A DNA stretch of 64,000 nucleotides from Orbicella franksi (taxonomy: Eukaryota): NCBI GenBank assembly GCA_964199315.1, contig OZ116709.1:26598001-26662000 (forward strand), written 5' to 3'. The position numbers and the translations under genes are program-made. Positions 9,078 to 21,000 of the stretch are shown here, piece by piece. Positions within the stretch are counted from its first letter, which is position 1, and each line of letters opens with the position of its first letter. The notes beneath the pieces are model-generated. The model did not search any database, was not told the DNA's origin, and saw nothing but the letters and a program-made list of their open reading frames with translations.

Positions 9078-12000
9078 ATGAGGTTACTAAAACCGGGCTG
9101 GGTTTCGCATGAAGGTAAGATGCTAGCAGATCGAGAGTTTTGTCGATGTTTTGTCTCTGTAATATTGCACGGGCGAGAATTGAAAAAACGCGCGTTAGTT
9201 TACTTGATCATTTGACGTTTAGTCTATCAGTGTGTTCAGCGCTTTAGTGTATACATCTTAGTGCTTACTGCAAATTTGTAGATTATCGTACTTTTTGCAT
9301 ATTTTGTAGACCATTTTTTGTGAACTGCATGCTGCAGCAAGTTTAATTCAAATGCCTTTTTTGTGATCAAAAGTCTTATCCAGATTTTACTAACTTACAT
9401 GTAGCTCTAACGTTGTCAGTGAATATTCGATTTAAAATTATAGAAAAACGTGATTTCATCAGTTCCAAATGTGGAATGTAATTTATAAACACTGTTGCTT
9501 TATAACCTAATGGGAAAGGTGGGACTCACAAGTGCACTCATTCCGTGCAGTGCACATGTTTCCATATGATTTATATTTCTTGTCCATAAATGTACATGTA
9601 TACAAGATATTTTAAATTCTTAAGATATTCAAACTTCTAATAAAGCACTTGTTAATGGTTTTCTCAGGGAGGCCACTCTTTTCCATTGACATTCATCCTG
9701 ATGGTTCTCGATTTGTTATTGGTGGTCAAGGTGGGTATGGATTGTTTTCCAATCTTTAGCAGTGCTAAGTACTTTCCTTTTATTTGTCCTAGTAATTTCA
9801 ATTTGCTTTTTATTGGCAGCCTTATAATTCGAGACAGTGAGTATATTATAAATGGAATTTCAGAAAACAATGAATGCATCAAGAGCCAGGCAAATTGACT
9901 GGTTCTGAGGATGTTTTTGCCCCCACCCACCCCCCCCCCCCCGCCCTACCCCCCTGGTTAAACCATCTGGATGAAAGTTTTTCTTATAAAGAAGTTCAGT
10001 TCAAAAAGCTTTGCCCGCCTGTGACAACCAGTTGTCCTCCTACTTAAAACGTCAATTTTCTCTTATTACACATGGCAGGAGATGACTCAGGGAAGGTTAC
10101 AATCTGGAACATGGCACCGGTTCAAAATGAGGAAGATGAAATGAATGAAAATGTTCCAAAGTTATTGTGCCAAATGGACAACCATCTTGGTAGGTTATCT
10201 TTCTTAATCAATTATCTATAGCATTTAACGTCTGAATGTACTTTAATTTGCAGTTGCATTAAAGCTGGTGCATGCAATGTACAAACTGTACAAGGCATTG
10301 GGTGTCCGTTCACATAGTTGAACACATGGCAAAGTAAGAGATAAAAAAACAGGTAGACAAACCGTTTAAAATGGATACCCTGAACGACTGAATGGCTGCA
10401 GAAAAGTTTTGAATGGGTGAAATCAAACAGCTGAGCAGCTCAAGAAGACTTTGAATGGACAGCTGAGATGAATGTTTGAATAGTATCCCTGCCCACTTGA
10501 ACAGCTGTTGAATGGCCTTTGAATGGCTCTTTATTTCAAAACAGCTGGCTAGAATGTCAGGAATGTCTGTGCATAAGAGGTCACATGTTATGGAAATTAC
10601 TTGCTTGCTTGTGTGGTTGCTGACTGCAACCAGGTACATTTACTGTACATGTATAATTCATTTATTTAGTAAGCCTTGATTCTGCCAATAATTTATGTGC
10701 TATTTTTTTCAAACCATTCTTTTTTTCAGCTTGTGTGAACTGTGTTCGTTGGTCTTGTGGTGGCAAATATCTTGCTACTGGTGGAGATGACAAACTTATT
10801 ATGATCTGGCAAATGGCAAGGTACATAAAAGAAACTACTGATAATAAAAAAAAAAAAAATAAAGAAAGTTTTTGTAATTATAGCCAACAAATTATAACAA
10901 TGATATCGATTAAGTAATAACTTAAGATTAAAAACATACTGTACACTAGATATAACTTTAGTTAATTAATTTGATCAAATTTTTGATAGGTATTTGGGTC
11001 CAACAGCAACATTCGGTGGAAATAGTGGCAAATTGAATGTAGAACAATGGAGATGCGTTTATACTTTACGAGGTCACACAGGAGGTGAGCCCATGACCAC
11101 ATTTACATGTATTCACATCAACTGTATTATAATTCTGAAATGCATGGGGATGCTGCTTTTGATATTACACAACTGTGCAGGTAGGTTTTATCTTTATTTT
11201 GTTTCGTTCTTCATTAAGCTGATTACTTTCTGACATGCACACTTTTCAATTATAGATGTGTTGGACATGGCGTGGTCACCCGACGACAGCTTCCTTGCAT
11301 CAGGAAGTGTTGACAACACAATCACAATATGGAATGCTCAAAGATTCCCAGGTTTGTAACCTTGGTACAGCTTTGGAGGGTGATTAAATTTTCTGTTTTC
11401 TGTCTGTTATTAAGTCCCACTAGAAATGCAGTTTTAAAGTTTTGATTTCACATGGAAGTGAGTAGTGACTGCTGATTACAGTAGTAGTTTGGTGCACTAT
11501 AGGTACTGTTTGGGTTCTGGATTGAAGCAACTGAGGTTTAAGCTTGGCTTGCTCAAGACAGCTCACTCTAACAGAGCCATCTCCCCATTCTGTCTGAGAA
11601 CAAACAGGAACTATTAAATTCTCGGGGCACCCTGATGACATCCTGTGGCTGAAGGAGGAGGCAGGTAGAGGGGGAAACCTGCAACAACTAATTTCCTCAC
11701 TCAAGGCCGTGTTCTAAGAAAAATTACAAGGAGCCCAAAGTTTCCTAACCATGAAATCCTGGGTGCCCAGCACTTTAGCTTACATGTAGTGTATGTAAGT
11801 TCCAGTTGTCCAAAGGCAAAAGTTAGTCACTTGGAGTGTATGGTACCTGGCTGGGCGTTTCTAGAGCACATGCCCCTTCAAGGCTGCTGCCTAATGGGCA
11901 CCCGGTTGCCTGAGGCCCCTAAGTTATGAATGCAGGCGACTAAAGTTTTGTTCAAGGAGCGCAAGTGGGCACCTAAACATGGAGTTTTCATTCCGATCTA

Positions 12001-15000
12001 ATCTGTCCGATGACTTCAATCTTCTTATAAAAATGGGTCAAAAAATCATTCACACAATAAATTAAACGGAAAACAACAGCTACTCTGTTCCTGGTTTGCT
12101 ATTATCACAAGAGATATGGGCCAAAACATGGCAACAAAGTCTCTCTCTGCTCACAAAACAGCCGAAAACAGTCATACATGTATTTTAAAATCGCCCTATA
12201 ATGCATTGCAAGCTCAGTATTGAAAAAAATGTACATCATGTCTGCCAATGGATTGTGTCTCTGTTGATGCATTACTGATTCCAGTTTTGATAACAAATAG
12301 TTTTGGAATTGGAGTTATGATGCTGCTGACATTTTTCACAATTGAATAAAGATAAATTTGCTTAAATTCTTGGGCTTTTTTTTGCCTGATACTTTGACAA
12401 ACTTCACTTACATGTACTGAATGAATTTCTTTAGTTTCTGAAAGGACTGTTTACGACTTAAAAGTTGAAATATTCAAGTAACTAGCAGGCAAACAGAAAA
12501 CATCATTGCAATTCTTTGTGCATACTAGAGTTTATATTTTAAATATTAAATTATCAAACAAATAATCATGACTCTGCCCAAGACAAGAATATATTTTTTT
12601 CCAAAAGAGCTGCCAATATAATGTGGTAATGCTGTCTCAAAATCACCAAAAGCTGCACCACTTGCATAGAATACTGTAGTATTCTTCCTCAGTCATGACC
12701 TGATCACTTTGCTGAACACTTGATTTAGAAAATTTGATTGATAATTTAGGCCGAATTATTAGTGTCTCATGGAAAATCTCAACAGACGGAAAGGGGCTAC
12801 TCCTGCCCCCCCTAAATTTCCGCAACTCACTACACCCCCCTCCCCACCCCGCATCTTTCCCAACCTCCCCAACCCCCAGGAATGACCATGGCAAATTTTA
12901 TCCTGGGCTCCTAAAAAAATGGCTTGGGCTTCTTAAAACTTTCCTTAGGCAACAGCCTTATGCCGGGCCTTCCAGAAGGAAAGCTATTTTGCATGCACAC
13001 CGTTCTGTACATTGTTATCTTATGTTGGGTTTTACTGGTGGACAGAAAAGCTATCAGACTGATTTGACTGCTAGGATTTGATTATTGATTCTCTTTTTTT
13101 AAAGCTCTCCCCCTTGTTTTTCAGACATTGTAACTGTTTTAAAGGGACACAGTGGAATGGTTAAAGGCGTCACGTGGGACCCAGTCGGTAAATATCTTGC
13201 TTCTCAATCAGATGACAAGACTTTAAGGGTGTGGCGAACATCCGATTGGCAGCAGGAGAGTGCCGTTAGCGAGCCCTTTGCTGATTGCAGTGGCACGACA
13301 CATGTCCTGCGCATCAGCTGGTCCCCGGATGGACACTATGTGGTGTCGGCACATGCCATGAACAATGGAGGTCCTGTAGCGAAGATCCTTGAGAGAGATG
13401 GATGGAAAATGAAAATGGATTTTGTTGGGCATAGGAAAGCTGTCACATGTGTGGTGAGGGTTCTAAATGATAAATAAGGTTTACAACTTGTGAAGTTTTA
13501 CCTTAATTAAAGATGTCATCCTGTCCTCAATAAAAAGAGAAATTTTGATAAAGTACAAAAAATAAAACTACAAGAAAAACATAATTTTGGGAACAAACTT
13601 TTCTTTACCTGATTTTTCCTATATTTGCTACTGTCCTGTAGGAGGCTCATAATTCAGCTAAGGGTTGAGAGGGGGAACAAGGAGAAAATTTGCCAATAGC
13701 TCATAAATTGTTAGGGAATGGTTTCAAATTCTGCTATACTCCAGGCAGGGAATGTAGTTGCACAGCCATGTACAGTAATCAATCAAGCTTAATTGACTTA
13801 TTGTGAAATTGCATGTGCCTCTGAACAGAGATTTAACCCCAAGCTGTTTGTGAAGAAAATCGGTGAGGACTCACCCAGACTCAAGGTACATTAATCTTTG
13901 CTCTTTTATAATTTATTTAGTATTTATCTATATGAGGTGCAAGGTAAACCATGATCTATATTAGACTGAGAGTCATTCTCACTAGCCTGCAAAATAATTC
14001 CTTACTAGCAAGATAACTATATTCCAAATTAAATTAACACAATATAATTTCATCTCTTAAAGTACACTTAGTAATTTGTTAGTGATTTGAATTCCTGGAT
14101 AGATATACAAAATAACTTCACTTGCATGTTGGAGAAACAAAGGATAGAATCCTCTAGCTGAACTACAAAGTCCTGGGCTTTTGGATATGACTTTCTTTGC
14201 TCATTGCAAAATTATATCCAATCCTTCAACTAACTTCAACTTCTTTGGAAATCTTAGTAATATTTGAGTCAAGGTACATGAAAATGCATGTGTTTGTACT
14301 ACACACATTTACAATAGTTTGCTCTGTTTTTCTCTAGCAATATTCTTGTTGTGCAATTGGAAGCAGAGACAGATCACTTTCAGTATGGGTAGGTTCACAT
14401 TTTGAGTTAAGAAATATAAAGTAAGATTTACTTTGTAAGCCTGGGCAGAGTGAAAAGCACTGTATGAACCAGCACTACAATCATCTCAGCAGTGTATGGG
14501 AAACCTTACCAGGGTTTAATACTTAAACATGTTTATACCCAATGCACCAAATACCGAAATAAAGTATACAATACATTGTGTAATTATAATGGAATTATAA
14601 TTGATTGTGTGTTGTTTATCACAACAGTTAACATCCCTTAAGAGGCCCCTGGTTGTCATGCATGACTTGTTCAATCACTCAATCATGGATGTGTCCTGGT
14701 AAGGCTGTTATCTATAATGTATAACCCAGTGTCAGATGCCTGAAAACAAACACACAAATGTCTATGCAAGGGCCATTTGTTGGTTGAACATAATTGAATT
14801 ATAAAAAGCAGACTTGGAGCATGCAGAGTTAAATTGATACATGGGTGAAGGTTAAGTCTGCATGCGAGTCAAGTCTACGCCCCCCTGGATGGGGTGCTAG
14901 TCCATCACAAGGCTACCCCCAGCATTAAGTTTGACGGTACCCATTCCTACATCTGGGTGGAAAGAGGCACTGCGAGAGTAAAGTGTCTGGCCTCAGAACA

Positions 15001-18000
15001 CAATGCAGTGACCCCAGCCAGGGCTCCAACCCGGACTGCTCAATCCAGAGACAAGTGCACTAACCATGAGACTGCCATGCCTCCCTACTACTTGAAACAA
15101 GTCAGTTGTTACTTTTATTCTTCACCTCGCTTTATTGTTTGTTTGCTGATTCTTTTTTTGTTCCCTTTTTTTTTGTTGCAGGAGTGATTCAGGATTTCAG
15201 CTGCTGGTGTGTTCCTGGGATGGAACAGTGGCATATGCAGATTTCACAGCAGAGGAAGTTGGTAGACCAATGTCAGAGGAGGAAAAGGTACATGCAAATG
15301 GCATGTTTTTGTTATCAGACTATAAATAATCCCTTTAATTAAAAAAGTCAGTCAGGTACCGTATTTGCCTTGTCAGAATGCAATAACTACATGTAAAGGT
15401 ACTACACACTCTAGTCACCTTGCAAACTTACATTTAATCTTGTTCTGTACAGGAAAAGTTTCACAAGCAAGTTTATGGTGTTAGCATTAGTAGTAGCAAG
15501 TCCAACTTTGCCAGTTCAATCATTGAAAATCCTGAGATGCTGAAGATACAGCAGAGGCATGTTATGAAGCAACAGACACTAGCCAACACTAACAAACCTC
15601 CGGCACCTCCTCCTCCGCTGATCCCGTCTGGGACACCCACTAAACAGGACTCATCCACAATGAATGGTATGTGTGATTGTTTCATATTAACCCTTTCTGG
15701 CCTCAGGCTCAAAGACAATACAACTGTACAATTGTACACTTTGGTTACCTTTGCACACTGGTGGGTGAATAACAAAATGTCCTGGTACTTGATGGAATAC
15801 TGTAAAGTCTGCAATGTTTTGTATTGTAAGCAGTCCTTCAATTGAATCCAGAAAATTTTCTACCTGCTTGGTGACTGTTACGTGCGATGATCGCCAATGC
15901 ATGTGAGAATTCTAAACAGTTGGGAATTATTCACAAACATAAATACTCTTAAACTATAAGTGCACCTGAACAATTAATGTTTACGGAAAAAATCTCCCTA
16001 AGCATGCATGAAATCAAAACATTTTTGTAAATTAATGTTTTTCTCTATTCTCATAACCTGTCTGCCTGGAATTGTATTGCTGTCATTATGAGAAATTAGA
16101 GATTGATATACATTCTGTCTTTCAGGGAGCACTCCCAGTAAAAGTCCTACATATTGCTTAACCAGTCCAGTCACCAAAAGCCCAGCAGATCTTGTTGTAA
16201 GTGTTTCAAGTGTGTACTGTGTACATGTATCATGTTCAATGTGAGTCAAAAGTGTTGGGATTCTTATCTTGACCCCTTAGTACTGCATGCTACAGTTTTC
16301 ACTAGCATGGGGGGCAAGTCGAATGGACTCCTTTAGCCCCTCTCCATGGACAACTTTTGCTGTTGCTATTGGGGGTGGGGTGGGGGTGGGTGGGTGGGTG
16401 GGTGGAGAGTTCAAGAATTCAAAAGCAAGGATGGAAATACCTTTTTATAACGGCAGCAGTACAGTATGTTGACCTTTTTTGAGACTACAGATTGTACTTC
16501 TCAGACAAGTCTCCCAGCTTTTTTGACCTGTTTTGCACCTGTTTGCACATGCTGAAATAAAAAAAAGTTGGATTCTGTTAATACGCCTTGTATACCTTCT
16601 TGGCTTCTTCAACCCATTATACAACCTGTACGGAATAATACCAACAAAGGTCTATACTAAGGAATACAATACTAATTTATTGCTCATATTCTAGATTTTT
16701 ATTCCTTCTCCTGTGAAGTCGTGCGTTAGATTTTCACATGAACTGACGAGTGTTTTAAGGTAAAATAAGTTGTACGTACTTTGCCTCTGACCTTAGCATT
16801 TTTCTTTCGTGCAGAATGTGAAGGAGAAACAAGTGGAAACAAGGACAAAAGATGGCCGCCGCCGTATAACTCCACTATTGGTTTCAACCATGGAAGTTAG
16901 GTGTGTTGTGTGTCTCTTCTTCTTTTACCCTGGATTGCTGTTGCTGCGGGTGCTCCATAATGTTCAGGGCAATTCTCTCTTTCATCTCACCCCACGAGAA
17001 GTTAGCCTTATAAACTGATTCAACTTCATACTCAGTCGCTGCATACTCTAAGTAGTTCTTACTTTCTCTAAGATTTTAAATTGTGCGGCCATTTTCCCGC
17101 TCGCTTTGATCCATTTTCACAGAGCTTTGAGGATAACCGAGCGTTCCTTGGTCAATACGTAAAGCTGTCTTAAGGGAGCTCAGTCACGGAACTTTGAGTT
17201 ATTTTGCCGGCCGCGCACAAAATTACCTTTTAATTGAAGGAAATCTGAAAATAGTAGTTTATTAAGATAGAAAACACCAAAGAGTTAAAAATAAACCATA
17301 AAGGAACAAGCATAGTTGAGGATGGAGAAGATAACCACGAATTACAAACGACGAAGTTGAAAAATTTAGGCTAAACTTTTCAATATGCGCAAATTGTGAC
17401 TTTGCTCCTTTAAGCTGAATTGTCTACGTGTTATAGATGAACGGCCCTACAGTGTGAGGCTTGGCTTTCTTCTAGAACTCTGCACAAACAAACTACATTT
17501 GTATTTCATTTTTTTTTTTTTTTTGATCTGTTCAACAGTGATTCACCGCTTCCATTTGGAGGCTCCTCGACGGCCATCTCGCCCCCGGGTAATTCGAACC
17601 TGAGCAGTACATCACAGGCATCGTCCGCTATTCCAACCACGAGTCAGGTAACAAACTGAACACTTGTCTTCTGATCAGGAATCTTCGTTTGGAAGACTAC
17701 ACTGAACCATAAATTTACAAGCCAAAATAGCATGCCCCAAAATTTACCGCACAAAAATTGTAGTACGTGTAATTATTTGGTTCCTCTCTAGTACTTCTCG
17801 GATGGTTCGCCGGAAGTCAATTCCATTTGAGCATTTGGAACTCCCCACAACTTGTGGAAGCCGAAGATATGTGTTTCGGGACGAATCTGTAGTATCCACT
17901 TTAACTCAACGTTTTTTTGCCATTGTTCGCTCGGACTGAAATCAGTGCTCCTAGAGCTCTCCGCGATGTTTACAAGTTAGCCTTTTCTAGGCTCTCTTTT

Positions 18001-21000
18001 GTGGTAGCCTGCGTTGCAGCCGGACGTCACATAAAATCCCACATATACCAGACTATACCGGCGGTTTAGACTGTCTGCGACGCAGGCTATTTTGTGGGGG
18101 TAAACTTTTTTTTTTAAATCAGTTTAAAATGGCTCGTTTGTGACAGAGTAGTTAAGACTCGACAACAGTTTTATACAGAATTTGATTTTCCCGAGAGTAA
18201 TGACCGCCTCAAAGATATGACCCGAAGTTTTGTTAAATAAACTAACCGTGAAAGCGATGCTCTCACTACTTCCTGATCCGGAATTCTACAGGATGTAAGT
18301 TCTTATCTTACAAGGTTAGGAAAAGCTTGTTAATGTTTTACTTATTATGATCTAGACTTTGGTGGCTCTGGACTCTAGAATTGGGGAAAATGCGACTACT
18401 GGATTTACAAGCAAGTAAGAGGCATTTAACTACTGTCATTTAATTATTAACAGTTCAGGTGTACAACCCTGTGTGGCTCACAGTTCTCTGTGATCTACTA
18501 GCAAACATGTTTACAAAGCCTTCAATGTAGTATTTTTAAATTCATGTGGTACTGGACAACTTTGACGAGAAAACAATTTGTGGCGCAAAGAATTTTACGG
18601 ACAACTGAGATAAGCACCTGAGTTTCATAGTTTTACGTTTCACAACTGCGTAGCTATGTCCCTTCAGCATTACATGAAGTATAGTCCCGGCTGAGGTCAT
18701 GTAGAGTCCCAATTGATTTATAGTGGATTGATAGTCAAGTTCGAACTACATGTAAGCCACATGAACCATGCAATCCAAGATGTGCCATAAAATAAGACAG
18801 CACCTCTGCAGCGTTAGTAAGCACCTTTGACAAACTCGCTGCATACGTTTAGGCAAGAAAGCTGTTTACAAAATTACGTGCTAACCTGTGTAGCGGAGGG
18901 ATTTCGAGCTACTAATTACTATATCTTAGAACAGTTTTCAATCGAGGGTTGTGAACCCAAACCAATGTAATCACTGTAGCCAATCACAAAGGACACAGAC
19001 AATCCAATGTAGCCAATCAACACTTGAAGTAAATACATGTCGCTGACTCGAAGCGCGGGAAAACGCGTTAGAATGAGTCTCAACTGGTTTTGCTTTTACT
19101 TCTGATTGGATGAAAAAGTGGCGCGAGTTGTAGCGTAGAAGTTCAAAATCAATTACTTTTCAACGCTCAAGTGAAAACCGCACTATCTTTAGATCTAAAG
19201 ACAAGACTCCAGAAAAAGTCGAGATTCTTCCTGTAAAAACCGTCTCCGCTACCATGAAACCCATCACGGCAGCAAAAGCTGCCTCTACAACGACAACAAC
19301 TGCATCAGTGACAGCTGCGACAACCACGGCTACCACCATTGCAGTGAAGAGAAAGGCAGATGCTCCTACAACATCACATAGTAAAAGAGCAAGGAAAGAT
19401 GGCAGCACTTCTGGTTTGTATCCGTTGAATTTAATTTGCTGTTTTATTTAAAAGTTATTCGTAGTTAGTCCTGTCAGGTTTGATGGGTACCATCGCATGT
19501 CTCTGACAGCACTTTCTTTTCGTCCAAGCGAGTACGTGTTTTTGTCCTAACTCGCTGCAACAGTTTTCGCGCTCTTTCCAATTTCAGTCTTAGCGTCGAG
19601 TTCAACTCCTAGAATGCTTATCGATTTGTAATATAATTATTGATTCTACTCTTTTCTTTTTTAGGTTCAAAAGGTTCCAGTAGCTCAAGTACGGTAAGTA
19701 CATTTTTTGTAGCCTTTAGTATAGCCTGGAACGATTGATATAGATATAAAGTGAATAACGTTTCACAGTACGTTGTGCGGTGCATTCCTAAACTTCCAAC
19801 ACTTTCTCGACAAACCTCGGACTTCAGTTCAATTGAGATGAAAGAATGCGACATTTTCATCTAACTCTCGCTGTGCTGGGAGGACGGTCAAATGTCGACA
19901 GCATTTTTCTTTATGCGTGATTTTTCTCCACTGCGATGAAGGATAGAGATGTTTGAATGATTAGCTGAAAATTTGAATTCTCCTAATTGTTACCATACAT
20001 TTCTTTAAAAATTAGCACTGAGAATTTATTAGTACATCAAAGCGGTATCCATTGTTGGATGGTTTTCTTTATTCTCGTCATCTGAATGCTTGACATTGTA
20101 TTGTTCATGCGAAACAGAAATCGGATTTTGATCAATCCTGTTTTTTCACAGTCCAAACAGAGAGATGATAGAACAGACCAAGAGGAAAGTGTTGATGCTT
20201 CTTCGCACATAAGGCACTCTGTCGCCATTCCTTACCCGACTCCACAGAAAAGCCTCACAATGCAGGTAACTGGGTTACTGTCTAAAGGATGACAAATGAA
20301 AATGTAGCTTGACAGAGAAACGCCCCCGCCCCCCCTGAGAATCCCACATCCCGTTAATTTTGGCTTGCGTTATTCTGTTTCCCGTTATTTCCAATTGCAA
20401 CGATTAACGGTTTTCCCACTTGATATCCTGTTTGATCTGATCTAAATGTCCCATATCCCATCATTTTTTCTCCTAGATATCCTGTATCCGGTCAATTTTT
20501 TATCTAAATTTCCCATTTCCCTAAAACCCGTAATTAATCTATAGTAATACTCCTCCTGCTGCTTATTTTTTTATTCTTTTTTAATCCTTGCTACAGATCA
20601 AAGGTTCTGGAGGCGAATCTGCCCTTACGCTGGACTTAGATAACAACTTGGCTAGCCAGGGTAAAGTGTTTACGTACAATCATCCAGTGAAGACAGTATA
20701 TCGATACAGTAACTCTTGTAATTTAATTTTAGCCGAGTTTTCACAGCAGTATGTGAGGCGTTTGGATCATTACTGTTTTCCTAGTAGCATTCCAGTCCAT
20801 AGTTTGATGGTGTAGATAGAGGGGATGCATGGATAAAGCGATACTGTGAAAGTGAAAAAAGCTCATTCACAACTTGGTCTAACTCTTAAAGGAGCTGCGT
20901 CGCGGTTTGCGCGTCTGGAAAGTTTAGCCTTAATTTGTCAAGTTCGTCGTTTATAATCCGTGTTAAACTTCTCCATCCCATCCTTGTTCCTTCATGGTTT

